Source of the DNA: an uncultured virus (IMG/VR IMGVR_UViG_3300025936_000003)
Lineage: Duplodnaviria; Heunggongvirae; Uroviricota; Caudoviricetes
DNA length: 64,000 nt
IMG/VR virus record: IMGVR_UViG_3300025936_000003
Strand: one strand, 5' to 3'
The notes under the pieces were generated by a model. The model did no database searches and was not told the DNA's origin. It saw only the letters and a program-made list of their open reading frames with translations. This document shows positions 10,188-19,880 of the stretch, one piece after another. A program made the position numbers and the translations under genes. The number at the start of each line of letters is the position of its first letter. Position 1 is the first letter of the stretch.

Positions 10188-10959
10188 GAAGGACTTGACG
10201 ATTGTAATTCATATCAGCCCCATGCTCTACCTGATGCCAGCGATGCAGAAGGCAGAGCATATTGTTCTTCCTCCAAAGCTCGTAAGCCTTCGGCCGGCTG
10301 ATCTCATCCCGGCAGCGATTCGTCACATTCTTGAAAGTGATTTCACCTGGTAAAGGATCTTCACCGTTCTGGTATTTCTCCAGCATGTATATCTGTTGAT
10401 AGTCCTCCCAACCATACCCTTTGAATCTATCACTACACCCTCCCAGACCCAGATACTCACGTCGCCGACAAATGAAATTCGTCGCTGCTGGAAGCAAGTA
10501 AGGACTGGCCGAGTAAGTCTCTCTGTTTCTCATCACCCAAACGTAGGCAACCGCGTCTAGCGGCACCTTCAACAAACCTGAATGAGTCTTGCTCAGATAG
10601 AACATCCCTCCGTTATACCACACCTTAGGAACCGTATATTGCAAGATGGCGAGAAGACCTTCAAAGTATTTTGAATTCGGAAAGGCATCCACATCCAACT
10701 TCATGATCCATTCAGAGGTGGCCTCACCTGCCCCCAAGTTGTGGTAGTATCCAATGGAACGTTCATTCTTCTTCCAGGCGATAGACGAGATAGCATCAGC
10801 GTTAAGTGGAGCCTCGTCCTTCCACCATACTGGAGGTGACTCATCCACAAAATAGACGAGGTGGTGAATCAGCGGATGCGTCACAGATCTGAGATTTCTC
10901 AACCACAACCGCAACACCTCCTCCCGATTCCAATAGGGTGTGATGGTTGTGAGCGTCAT
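10150..10959 (-). CDS. GT-A fold glycosyltransferase (GT2/GT7-like)
   Basis: TITPYWNR, HNLGA, KLDVD (DxD), GG..DRFKGYGWED, LHRWH. Confidence 0.8.
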   Translation of the reverse strand: MTLTTITPYWNREEVLRLWLRNLRSVTHPLIHHLVYFVDESPPVWWKDEAPLNADAISSIAWKKNERSIGYYHNLGAGEATSEWIMKLDVDAFPNSKYFEGLLAILQYTVPKVWYNGGMFYLSKTHSGLLKVPLDAVAYVWVMRNRETYSASPYLLPAATNFICRRREYLGLGGCSDRFKGYGWEDYQQIYMLEKYQNGEDPLPGEITFKNVTNRCRDEISRPKAYELWRKNNMLCLLHRWHQVEHGADMNYNRQVLLDYIQEHRHEKH

Positions 10960-11606
10960 TGAAACCGCTTGTAATACTCGCCCTCAACAAATTTTGCCTT
11001 CAGCGTCATCGAAGCAGCTGAATCATCTGGGCGGTATCGGATGGCTGGTAGGATCCTGAAATCCATGCTCACGCGGGTTTTGTCTGTGCTGTTGACGTAG
11101 TTCCCATGAGTCAGTTTGTTTCCTTCGAATTCAATCAGTTGGCCTTTCCTCAGCACCATAGGTTTGAAGTCACCGAGACCCTGCTGAGACTCTACCCAAA
11201 CACTCGCAGACCCATCTGAATCTGTCAGCGGGATAATGTAGTTCATCTCCCCCTCTGGGTGTCCAAACTGTGCGTCGTTGTGAAAGGCTCCCACGGCTAG
11301 ATTACCCCGCAAGTGAACACGGAAAGTTGGGAATTTCTGATAGAGGAATGAGGGCATCCACAAAGGAGCGATGACCTCACGAATGAATCTCTCGTAGAGA
11401 TCTACCATCTCCGGCCAGCCCGCATGGTACTTGTCATAGAACTTACGGTGGAAGGACGTGCAGGAATCGGCGCTGATCTTGAAGAGCTCATGGTGCTCCT
11501 CGTGCAGATCTTCCAAATTGTTCACACCCATCAGATCTTTAATGAGTGAGACGAAATCATATTCTACTACACCATATCGAATTACATGGTATCTCATAAT
11601 GGACAT
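10956..11606 (-). CDS. 2OG-Fe(II) oxygenase-like (StrG-like) protein
   Basis: QKFPTFRVH, FHND (HxD), distal HGN and TRVSMDFR. Confidence 0.7.
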   Translation of the reverse strand: MSIMRYHVIRYGVVEYDFVSLIKDLMGVNNLEDLHEEHHELFKISADSCTSFHRKFYDKYHAGWPEMVDLYERFIREVIAPLWMPSFLYQKFPTFRVHLRGNLAVGAFHNDAQFGHPEGEMNYIIPLTDSDGSASVWVESQQGLGDFKPMVLRKGQLIEFEGNKLTHGNYVNSTDKTRVSMDFRILPAIRYRPDDSAASMTLKAKFVEGEYYKRFQ

Positions 11607-12238
11607 TTCTTCCGTCGCAAATACAGTTTATCACCCCAGCCATGACGAGTCATCTTCGTTTCTGCTCCTGTCAAATCAAACTTGACGAGGAAGTCATCAA
11701 TGTCTCTCACAAACGGACATCCCTTGTAGAGTTCCCTGGTATTCACCTCAACATAGGCTGCATCAAACAACCACAGCAAATCTCCCATCCCTCTCAAGAC
11801 CTTCAGTTCAGCCCCTTGAACATCGACGTTGAGAAACCATCCCGTCCCAATCTCAACTTGGCGCTCGAAGATGAGGGTGTCCACACGAGTCGTCTTCATC
11901 TTTATCTCCTCTGTGAAGATTGTTCCAGGATGCTCTTCAAGATGAGTCCCAAACTCAAGGAAGGAGGAGCTCTGCGATTCATTGTTGGCGCGTCTAAATG
12001 TCACCTCATCCCAATCCCTGTCACTGAGACACGCCAAGAACGCACGATGCCCTGGATATCTCGCAACATTCTTTGAGAGCTGCCTGTAGATGTCCGGAAG
12101 GGCTTCTACCCAGATCACCTGCTTGATCCCTAAAGCATCGTAGGCGGCTGCTTCCTGTCCCGTGTTCGCACCGAGGTGAAGAGCCCCGTTAGGTTTGATA
12201 TTGTGCCGAGCGAAGAGTTGATCGAATGGTATTAACAT
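11594..12238 (-). CDS. FkbM-family SAM methyltransferase
   Basis: LHLGANTGQE, FLNVDVQGAELKVLRG, YVEV, WGDKLY. Confidence 0.85.
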   Translation of the reverse strand: MLIPFDQLFARHNIKPNGALHLGANTGQEAAAYDALGIKQVIWVEALPDIYRQLSKNVARYPGHRAFLACLSDRDWDEVTFRRANNESQSSSFLEFGTHLEEHPGTIFTEEIKMKTTRVDTLIFERQVEIGTGWFLNVDVQGAELKVLRGMGDLLWLFDAAYVEVNTRELYKGCPFVRDIDDFLVKFDLTGAETKMTRHGWGDKLYLRRKKCPL

Positions 12239-12242
12239 GAGA

Positions 12243-12926
12243 TCATTTCAAAACTAGGCCGGCATAGAGTGGGAGGATGTTAGCTCGCTGCTCCCAGGTT
12301 GCCGGGCCAGCCATGTGAATCGTTGGCATACCTGGAATCCACTGAGTCCCGTCTGACCAGATCTCCGGGCAGAAGCAACCTATTTCATCAGCTTTACACC
12401 CGCGGACTCCGGCGTAGGAAGTCTCCCTGATGATCTCATCAAAGTACCACTGCTCCCACGGGTGGTGGGTGATGATGACTCGCTGGTTGGGACGGACAGC
12501 AGGAGAGCCGATCTCGCATCGTTCCCTCCATTCTGTAACGAATTTCCTCGCCGCTTTGGTATTTCTCCAAACAGTCAACCCGGCGCAGAGATACTTCCAA
12601 GCGTGCCAGTTGCCTTGCTGGTAAGCTGCCATGAAGATGTCAGGAAGATTGACAAGATTCCCAATGTCCACCTTATGATTCATGAACAGAACATCGGCAT
12701 CGGCCCAAATGATCTTATCCCACCCTTCGTTCATGAGACGGTCAATCTCATATACCTTCGAGAAACTCGGGTGGAGATCCTTCCAATGCTTCTCACGAAC
12801 CACTTCATAGACGTATCCTTTGGCTGTGGCATAATCCTTCTGATTCTGAAGGAATCCACCACAATAAGGAGTGATCTCCGACGTTGCTATCGTAATGATT
12901 TTCTTCACGGCTTTACGAGCCACCAA
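12243..12926 (-). CDS. GT34-like glycosyltransferase
   Basis: YATAKGY, FSKV, WADADVLFMN (DxD), WEQ, IHMAG. Confidence 0.7.
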   Translation of the reverse strand: MVARKAVKKIITIATSEITPYCGGFLQNQKDYATAKGYVYEVVREKHWKDLHPSFSKVYEIDRLMNEGWDKIIWADADVLFMNHKVDIGNLVNLPDIFMAAYQQGNWHAWKYLCAGLTVWRNTKAARKFVTEWRERCEIGSPAVRPNQRVIITHHPWEQWYFDEIIRETSYAGVRGCKADEIGCFCPEIWSDGTQWIPGMPTIHMAGPATWEQRANILPLYAGLVLK

Positions 12927-13459
12927 GAAGGCCAGTCTTTCTCCTCTGTTACTCTGAGCATCGCCGGATTGTTAGAGACGAATTCATCTACTGCCTGCTT
13001 CACCCCGTAGTAGACTCCGGCAATCTCTCCGGCGAGGTAGTCATGACCGGCGAGGATCCCTCCTGGTTTAATCTTAGGCCACCACAGCAGAATATCCTCC
13101 CTTGTGGACTCCAGTGTGTGATTTGCATCAATATAAACGAAGTCCATCGTGCCGGGCCCAAACAAAGTGGCAGCCTTCAAAGAAGTGTAGCGAAGAACGG
13201 CAGCCCTTCCCTTGTAATCATCAGCTCGCTTCAGAACCCTTTGGTAGCGTGCATTCTGATCGTGGTCACCATGCACGCTATATCCCGGCACGTTCTGAAC
13301 TTTCCAAGGATCAACCAAATAGCACGTTCCCGGCCAGTGATCCAAAAGGAAGAAGCTGAAGTAACCTTCAGCCACCCCAATCTCGGCAGCCTGCCCGGTC
13401 AACCCTAGCTCACAGAGGAGCGGGGCGAAGTCAATTCTACTCAACACTTTGGTTTTCAT
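12905..13459 (-). CDS. Class I SAM methyltransferase (Methyltransf_24-like)
   Basis: AEIGVAEG, DFVYIDANH, KPGGILAGHDY, GVKQAVDEF. Confidence 0.85.
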   Translation of the reverse strand: MKTKVLSRIDFAPLLCELGLTGQAAEIGVAEGYFSFFLLDHWPGTCYLVDPWKVQNVPGYSVHGDHDQNARYQRVLKRADDYKGRAAVLRYTSLKAATLFGPGTMDFVYIDANHTLESTREDILLWWPKIKPGGILAGHDYLAGEIAGVYYGVKQAVDEFVSNNPAMLRVTEEKDWPSWWLVKP

Positions 13460-13460
13460 A

Positions 13461-14219
13461 TCACCATTGACGTTGAATTACCTTAGTTGGGATAGGTCTC
13501 TCCCAAACAGCTTCACCAACATACTCAGGAACCTTGCCAACGTAGGGCACACCGAAGCCAGTGTCAATATAAGATCTTCTGGGATCTCTCGTCTGCTGGG
13601 TTCTATCACTCAACCGTCCGGGAAGGGTTCGGTGGTACCAATAGAAAGGCTGAAACCTCTTCTCGTCTATCCCAACTGAAACCATTCCCAGTTTGTCCTT
13701 CAACCGCCTCTCCATCTCCTGATCATCCCCGGCATACTCTGGCCGGTAGCCACCAGACTTCTCAATGAGAGATCTTTTGTAGGCCCAGCACCCGTGGTAG
13801 GCGAACCTGCGGTTCTTCACGTTGAAGGTCTCACTTTGAACCCACTGCCCTCCAACGAAATCAATCGCGTGTCTGGGCTGGACGAATTCACCGCGCCCGA
13901 GCGCGTCGACGAGCGACTCTAACCACCACGGCATGTAGATATCATCGTCGTCTGCCTTCGCGATGGCTTGACTGTCAAAAGAGGCGAGCGCCATCACCGC
14001 ATTATTCTTCTCTCCCAGCGAGCGAAACCGGCGTGGAACCGAGATCAATTCCCACTTGTCACCTTTCTGGTTGCAATACTGACCTCCGTCATCAAGAATA
14101 ATCAATTCCCTGTTGTCGTAGGTTTGCATCTCGAAGCACTTGATCAATCGGCCCAAGAGCTCTGGTCGGTTGAGGGTAGGGCAGAACGCGGTGATTTTGA
14201 GACTCATATCCTTATCCAT
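13461..14219 (-). CDS. GT2-family glycosyltransferase
   Basis: CPTLNRPELL, QTY..RELIILDD, LGEKNN, ADDDDIY. Confidence 0.85.
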   Translation of the reverse strand: MDKDMSLKITAFCPTLNRPELLGRLIKCFEMQTYDNRELIILDDGGQYCNQKGDKWELISVPRRFRSLGEKNNAVMALASFDSQAIAKADDDDIYMPWWLESLVDALGRGEFVQPRHAIDFVGGQWVQSETFNVKNRRFAYHGCWAYKRSLIEKSGGYRPEYAGDDQEMERRLKDKLGMVSVGIDEKRFQPFYWYHRTLPGRLSDRTQQTRDPRRSYIDTGFGVPYVGKVPEYVGEAVWERPIPTKVIQRQW

Positions 14220-14971
14220 TCAGGTGGAACGACATCCTTGACGTCATGTCCACCCCAACCTGGAATGAACCAAAGCTTCGGCATGATCACCTTCTTGTTG
14301 GGATTCTGACTCAGCCAGGCTCCCCACCAGCTGAATGTTGATGCTGAGCAGATATGGTGCTCGCAGCAGGACATCTCCGTGAGGTCCTCAATCTCATTCT
14401 GTCCTTCCGAGAAAGAGCAGTCTAACCGGTGCCCAAACATCTTCTTGCACCAGTCGATATCATCAGAGAAGAAAATGAATTGGTATCCCGGAAACCTCTC
14501 CATAGCCTTCTCAATCCACGCGGCGGGAACCTTGGGATGCTTCTTCACCCACTTCAGATAGTCTGTGCGTCGGACATGAACCGAGACGATCCCAGGTTTG
14601 AGCTCCCAGTCGAAATCGAACAAGGCGAGGATTTCTGAACGAAATTCTTTGAAGTATCTTTCGCTCTGCCAATAGCCCTCGAGGATGATATTCTTCTCTC
14701 TCCATTCTTCCTCAAAGGGAATCTCATGGTAGTGAAAGACCTTTTCCTTCACCGTAATAGAGGAAAGGGCATCATCAAAATCAGGATCGCGAAGGTGGGT
14801 TAGGTAGACAGGATCTTTGCGAGGTGGCCAAGGACCGAATGGCATCGTGAAGTCTAGGTGATGTCGTCTCGCATAGCCAATCGTCGCCGCGGCCTGGAAT
14901 AAGAAGTTGCCGAGACGACCCACCGTAAAAGGAATCACGTGACCCTTACTCATGCTAGAATCCAAGAACAA
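14204..14971 (-). CDS. GT11 alpha-1,2-fucosyltransferase-like protein
   Basis: GRLGNFLFQ, GYWQSERYF, VHVRRTDY, FSDDIDWC, STFSWWGAWL. Confidence 0.9.
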   Translation of the reverse strand: MFLDSSMSKGHVIPFTVGRLGNFLFQAAATIGYARRHHLDFTMPFGPWPPRKDPVYLTHLRDPDFDDALSSITVKEKVFHYHEIPFEEEWREKNIILEGYWQSERYFKEFRSEILALFDFDWELKPGIVSVHVRRTDYLKWVKKHPKVPAAWIEKAMERFPGYQFIFFSDDIDWCKKMFGHRLDCSFSEGQNEIEDLTEMSCCEHHICSASTFSWWGAWLSQNPNKKVIMPKLWFIPGWGGHDVKDVVPPEWIRI

Positions 14972-15750
14972 CGGCAGTTGGGATGAAGTGGTATCATCCC
15001 TCTCGCCTCTTCAATTGTGAAAGTCTGGCCTTCAAAAGACTGACACTGCTTACATACTCTGTCGTCGCCTGCGGTGACCCATTCGGCCCTAACTGTCAGC
15101 TGCGCGATCCCTAGCCGCTGGAATGCGTCTAGCTGGCCCTCTGCGTGCGAGGCCACAACCTCGGCCCTTGCGATACTGAGAGCCTTGGTCTCTGCGAGAG
15201 AACTGATCCTCGCTACAATGTCGGCAGCGATCTGGTCGGGTGTAGCACCGGAAATGAGACCGTCAGCGAGGATGCGGGAGGCCTCGGCACTCACCTGGGC
15301 AGCGACTCCCTTGAGACTCTCAAGAGCGCGAGCATTGATGAGTTGAAGTTTATTCAAGATCTCTGGATCCCGCAAGATAGTCGTCAAGAGTTCTTCCTGG
15401 CTCAGATCAGTCACGTCGCCCCGCTTCGCTGCGAAGTGGGCGTTGATGACTCCTCTGATATAAGCCGCCCTGATGAAGGTCCAAAGGTCGGCGGAGAGAA
15501 CGAAGATCAAGATCTGCTGCTCTAACCACTCCTTGAAGGCCTCTAGTTTGCCCGGGTCAGTCCGGAACTCAAACTCTCTCGGCTGGACGTGAAAGATCAG
15601 CCGGGTCCGTTCCTTCAGTCCCAGCGCGTCAAGCTCAACGAAGAAGTCAATCACCGCGTCGCTGAGATTTCTAAACCGCCTTCTCAGGTCAGCAATAAAT
15701 CGTTTCGTCAGAGTAGTGGTCCGGGTAGGATCAACACGAAGAAGATTCAT
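14950..15750 (-). CDS. Minor head morphogenesis protein (MuF/SPP1 gp7)
   Basis: IARAE, WVTAGDDRVCKQC, IPLHPNCRC. Confidence 0.9.
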   Translation of the reverse strand: MNLLRVDPTRTTTLTKRFIADLRRRFRNLSDAVIDFFVELDALGLKERTRLIFHVQPREFEFRTDPGKLEAFKEWLEQQILIFVLSADLWTFIRAAYIRGVINAHFAAKRGDVTDLSQEELLTTILRDPEILNKLQLINARALESLKGVAAQVSAEASRILADGLISGATPDQIAADIVARISSLAETKALSIARAEVVASHAEGQLDAFQRLGIAQLTVRAEWVTAGDDRVCKQCQSFEGQTFTIEEARGMIPLHPNCRCSWILA

Positions 15751-17246
15751 CAGTTGGCGGTGCTCGCAGGCTGTTTTCTACCTGGGGTGGTCGGCTGACG
15801 GCCGGTGCCTACCCCTAGTTTATTCCGACCCGCCCCACTCCCCTTTGCCGCTGCCTGCGCTTTGGCATCGGCCGCAGCTTGGGCACCGGAAGCCGTAGAC
15901 TGAATCTTCATCAAGTCGTCACCCATCTCATCAATGATGGAGTGGGCTTCCACGTCGGTATATCCCAGCACCAAGGTGAGGAAATGGAAAGGAGGCACCA
16001 GCGCATCTACCCCACCCATAACGTATTTCATGAGGGCGTTGGTTCGGCGCTCGGCCACCTCGGCTTTGTCCCGGTCGCCGGGGCTGTTCAGGTCCGGCCA
16101 AAGGACGATGGTCTTCTCGGGCTGAGGAAGAACCCCATACGCGATCAGGCGATTGAGGAAAGGCTTGATGATGAATGGAGTGACGTAGCCTTGCCGACGA
16201 CGATTCACTCTCCGGTTCCAAGCTCGCATGTCTTGTTCAGAAGCGAGCTGTGCGGCTTCGCTTCCAACTAACACCCTCCAAGGAATTCCCAGCGACATGG
16301 CGATCAAACGAATCTGCACCTCTAAGTGAGGCCCTGGATCCGCCACCTGCACGTTGAGGGATTGCGCCTTCATCCCCAGCGTGGCGATATACCTCTGGAG
16401 GCCATTCATGTAAGCCTCGATCTGTTCCTTGGTCGCTTCCTCATCAAATTCAACATCTTCTCCGTTTCCAACTGATTCTAGTGAGATACCTGGGAACCCT
16501 CCCTTCCAGAACATCTCACCGCTGCCCCCGCCGATCTTCTTCACATCTAAGAGACGGTCGAAGACCTTCTCCATTCTCGGCCGACCGTAGATTTCTGAAG
16601 TCATCCGGTTGTCAGCGAGATGAACCACCCTCGTCCAGTGGACAATCTGCTTGCCGTTGACGCCCTTGTTCTCGACATCATCAAAAGTGACCTCGTAAGT
16701 CTTAGGCATTCCGTATCGCGGGCTGGCCGGGTTCTGTTCTAGCTCTTTCACCTCCAGCACTGACTCATCTAAGGCCCGCAAGAACAGAAGTTCGTGCTCT
16801 GCTCCGTTATCCTTCTCACCTCTGTCGTTCACACCCGGCACGGCAGTGGCGAGATCGGCCCCATCATCGAGCCCAATCAAGATGATGCCGAAACGACCGA
16901 TACCACTCAAGATATCGGCCCTGAGCAAGATGGAGAGAAGATTGAATTGGTCATCTAACTCTAGCCAAGCCTTCTCAAAGTCAGTTTCAGTCTCATCCTG
17001 ATTCTCAAAGATTTGAGGGCTTTCGCTCCAACTCTCTTCAGGAAACACACTCACCACACGGGTGGCTAGATCACCGCGCAGGAAGGCATGCAGATAGTCT
17101 GTCACTTCAATGCAGGCTGGGTGCCCACACTCGGCGTCGATGTCTCGACGTGGATCTAGCTGGCGACGCAGCCAGAGCTGCCTCTCTAAGAGAAGGTTTT
17201 GGACGATCGAGTTGGTATTGAATCGACCGGTAGATGATCTCTTCAT
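15750..17246 (-). CDS. Portal protein (DUF1073-like)
   Basis: 498 aa; RYGMPKTY, VHWTRVVH, GIPWRVLVG..AQLASEQD; directly before MuF. Confidence 0.85.
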   Translation of the reverse strand: MKRSSTGRFNTNSIVQNLLLERQLWLRRQLDPRRDIDAECGHPACIEVTDYLHAFLRGDLATRVVSVFPEESWSESPQIFENQDETETDFEKAWLELDDQFNLLSILLRADILSGIGRFGIILIGLDDGADLATAVPGVNDRGEKDNGAEHELLFLRALDESVLEVKELEQNPASPRYGMPKTYEVTFDDVENKGVNGKQIVHWTRVVHLADNRMTSEIYGRPRMEKVFDRLLDVKKIGGGSGEMFWKGGFPGISLESVGNGEDVEFDEEATKEQIEAYMNGLQRYIATLGMKAQSLNVQVADPGPHLEVQIRLIAMSLGIPWRVLVGSEAAQLASEQDMRAWNRRVNRRRQGYVTPFIIKPFLNRLIAYGVLPQPEKTIVLWPDLNSPGDRDKAEVAERRTNALMKYVMGGVDALVPPFHFLTLVLGYTDVEAHSIIDEMGDDLMKIQSTASGAQAAADAKAQAAAKGSGAGRNKLGVGTGRQPTTPGRKQPASTAN

Positions 17247-17282
17247 AGAAGGACTCTACTGGACGACGAAGGAGGAAGCAAC

Positions 17283-17687
17283 CTAAATGTCGTGGTGATC
17301 CATCGGATCTTTCACAGGCACCTTCTTCAACTGGGTGGCTGCAAGGGAAGCCACCGGATTGTCGGGAGGTGAACCATGAACAATCTTCTCGGCCTCTAGC
17401 CTTCTTCGCTCGCGGGCGATCTTCAGCAACACCAGATACCCCATCAGGTCGTCGATGGTATCTTCATGGAAATCCTCTCCGTTCCCTCTCGTCAACCGGC
17501 TGAGCTTGTCGTCAATCCTCACCTTGATGGCCTCAATCGGATCGGCTCGCGAGAAGACTCTTAAGGGATGGAGAGCTGAATCACCATAACTGTTATTCTT
17601 GTTGATCAGCATGGCGCATATCCCATCGCACACCTTCCTGATGGCGATGGCCGTCGTGTCACTTAATAGTATTGGGATGTCGTTCAT
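17283..17687 (-). CDS. Nucleotide-modification-associated domain 1 (DUF1599-like) protein
   Basis: KNNSYGDS, VRIDDKLSRL, EDTIDDLMGYLVL. Confidence 0.7.
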   Translation of the reverse strand: MNDIPILLSDTTAIAIRKVCDGICAMLINKNNSYGDSALHPLRVFSRADPIEAIKVRIDDKLSRLTRGNGEDFHEDTIDDLMGYLVLLKIARERRRLEAEKIVHGSPPDNPVASLAATQLKKVPVKDPMDHHDI

Positions 17688-17795
17688 AGATGTAGAAAGG
17701 AAAGAAGACAGGATGATGAGAGTGATTGTCTTGGCAAGTAGGGCACCACCTCACAATGACAACACACCAGCCCCAATGTATTTTCATGCCCTTCA

Positions 17796-18035
17796 TCACA
17801 ACATAATATCTAGCTTCTGCCTTATCTTCCACAACGCCAACCTCTCTAGCTGCTGGACTCTCTGTCGGGTGATTCCCATCACCTTGGCCGTCTCCTCTTG
17901 TGTCCTCAACCTCATTCTCCCCAAGAAACTGCCCTCGGCCGAAATCCTTGGCTCACCAGGTTTCAGTTTGCACCTCGCCATCCGTCGCTTCCTGGCAGCC
18001 GTGGTCGAGTAGTATTTCCATTTACGCTTTGGCAA
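17796..18035 (-). CDS. Stand-alone sigma70 region-4 HTH protein (paralog 2)
   Basis: TQEETAKVMGITRQRVQQLERLALWKIR matches sigma region 4.2. Confidence 0.8.
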   Translation of the reverse strand: MPKRKWKYYSTTAARKRRMARCKLKPGEPRISAEGSFLGRMRLRTQEETAKVMGITRQRVQQLERLALWKIRQKLDIML

Positions 18036-18276
18036 GAGCCTCCTTGAATGGTTTGAGTTTCTGCCTCAACTTCCACAAAGCATGACGTTCTAGCTGGTGA
18101 ACCCTACTCTTGTGAATCCCCATGATCTCAGCCACCTCGGCCATGGTGAGCACAGCGAGACGACCACGTGGACTTTGAAAGTTCTGACCATACGGTTCAC
18201 CAGCAACTCTCTTGTATCTCGCCCTTCGCTTCGCCCTCATAACGAGATCGCTTGGGAATATCTTGCGCTTAGGCAC
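18022..18276 (-). CDS. Stand-alone sigma70 region-4 HTH protein (paralog 1)
   Basis: TMAEVAEIMGIHKSRVHQLERHALWKLR; shares MPKRK start with paralog 2. Confidence 0.8.
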   Translation of the reverse strand: MPKRKIFPSDLVMRAKRRARYKRVAGEPYGQNFQSPRGRLAVLTMAEVAEIMGIHKSRVHQLERHALWKLRQKLKPFKEALAKA

Positions 18277-18282
18277 TGAGTA

Positions 18283-18495
18283 TTATCGCGATCGGTCTAG
18301 TATGAACACGCCTGAACTTAATGGCATCCAACCGATAACCTGAATCGAAATTGATTGATTCAACCCTGAACCGAAATGCCAACCACTAGCATCGCAAAAC
18401 CCAACCCATATTGGAAATTCATCTGAATTCAGTCTCACTAACACTATGACGTCGAGAGCCGGCTTTTCGTTAGTAACCCACATGACGAGATTCAA
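18283..18495 (-). CDS. Small hypothetical (DUF551-like)
   Basis: W..EKP...VLV...VIGWMPL pattern. Confidence 0.4.
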   Translation of the reverse strand: MNLVMWVTNEKPALDVIVLVRLNSDEFPIWVGFCDASGWHFGSGLNQSISIQVIGWMPLSSGVFILDRSR

Positions 18496-18909
18496 ACATA
18501 GCTATTTGATGAAAACAAGATGAAATTCTTGAAAACATGAAAAACCAGAGAAATCGCTGGAATCGTGATGATGAAAAAATCTAGAGAAGTGCGAAAAATC
18601 ATAATGATCATGCGAATGATGATACATAAGACACACTTGGTGCCATACTGTGTTGAGATTCTGTGAGATTGAGAAATTTTTCAGATCTGAGACGTGCTTG
18701 GCACGAGAGACGATCTTCACCTTGAGAGCATAAGTTGAACCAATTGAGAAACGATCTTTTTGAACGATGACCGATCACCTTGGGAGCACTACCTGAACCG
18801 ATTGAGAAAACCAGGAACGAGATTGATGACGATCATGTTGAGGGCACGGCCACCCTGCGCGGCGATGGGGCGAGCTGAGAAGGGGACGCGGGTGGGTGGT
18901 GAGCCGAAT

Positions 18910-18948
18910 TCGGCACGCTTTGTGCTTGCACAGCAGCTAGTGTGCCGA
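18910..18948. promoter_or_regulatory. Face-to-face pair of sigma54-type -24/-12 elements
   Basis: Plus TCGGCACGCTTTGTGCT (18910-18926) and minus TCGGCACACTAGCTGCT (18948-18932), both GG-N10-GC. Confidence 0.5.
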
Positions 18949-19082
18949 GCTGCGCTCACCTTATGCTGTGCAAGCACAGTGCATATACAGTGCAAAAGGG
19001 CTTTTGCATATATGCAAAACAGCGTATGAGCTATTTCACCTTGCTGTGCAGTGTGTTACGTAGTGCGTGCTTGTGAACTTGT

Positions 19083-19099
19083 TCGGCACGCATACTGCT
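19083..19099 (+). promoter_or_regulatory. sigma54-type promoter
   Basis: TCGGCACGCATACTGCT upstream of first plus-strand gene. Confidence 0.6.
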
Positions 19100-19169
19100 A
19101 TACTGTAAGCGTATGTCGGAAACGCAAAAACAAAAACACACTGCAAGCAATATGGAATACACACAAGTA

Positions 19170-19395
19170 AGCACTGCGCGCGCACTGCGTAGCACTACGC
19201 GCGCACTACGCAAACAGGGTTACAAACATACGCGCTACACACAAGCAGACAGGGGACGCTGCGCGCGTAGCTACTACACGCACACAAACACGCATGTTGT
19301 GTGCGTAGTGTGCAACTATTTGGAATTGGAACACTACGTGTAAGGAGCAGGCTACGCTGCGCGCGTAGTGCGCGCAGCGTAGCAAGCACGCTACA
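19170..19395. repeat. CTACGC/GCGCGC/GCGTAG repeat cluster with perfect 14-bp inverted repeat
   Basis: GCTACGCTGCGCGC-GTAGT-GCGCGCAGCGTAGC at 19351-19383 plus partial copies at 19171-19211 and 19257-19280. Confidence 0.75.
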
Positions 19396-19418
19396 CAAAC
19401 ACTAAAAACCAAAATAAA

Positions 19419-19880
19419 ATGAAGAAATCCAACAAAAACCAATCCGTATCCACCCCCGCCCCCGCTGTCCTCGACCAGCCCGCTGTCCAGCCGGAAGCTC
19501 CGGCCCCCGCGCCTGCGCTGTCCTCGGAGGAGCAAGCCGCCGCGCAAGCTGCGCTGTCCGCACAGCAGGAAGCACCCGCGCCGGCTCCGGCTCCTGCGCC
19601 TGCTGCTGCGCCTGTAGCAAACAGCAAGCGCGACGCGTTTGGAGGCAGGATTGGCACGCGCATGTCCCGCATTAACCTCGTCGTAATCGAATCGGGCAAA
19701 ACCGGCGCAACAATCGCGGAAGTCGCCGCTGCTACCGGGGAAACCAAGTCCTTAGTAAGCTCGCAGCTCTCGTGGATGGTAAGCCGGAACAAGGGCGCAA
19801 TCCGCAAAGTCGTCGCCGGCGCCATGCGCTACTACGCTGCAAGCGCCAACCCGGACCAAACCGAGCTCGCCCTTAGCTAA
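19419..19880 (+). CDS. First early protein: Ala/Pro-rich N-terminus plus winged-HTH-like domain
   Basis: GATIAEVAAATGETKSLVSSQL HTH; A-rich leader. Confidence 0.65.
   Translation: MKKSNKNQSVSTPAPAVLDQPAVQPEAPAPAPALSSEEQAAAQAALSAQQEAPAPAPAPAPAAAPVANSKRDAFGGRIGTRMSRINLVVIESGKTGATIAEVAAATGETKSLVSSQLSWMVSRNKGAIRKVVAGAMRYYAASANPDQTELALS

Noticed and set aside
15750..17246. Anti-CBASS Acb1 label sometimes attached to DUF1073 proteins
   Set aside because: Size and position before MuF indicate a portal; no paired HxT phosphoesterase motifs recognised
754..17246. Plus-strand ORFs over the structural module (e.g. 6423-7271, 8034-8903)
   Set aside because: Antisense shadows of well-supported minus-strand genes
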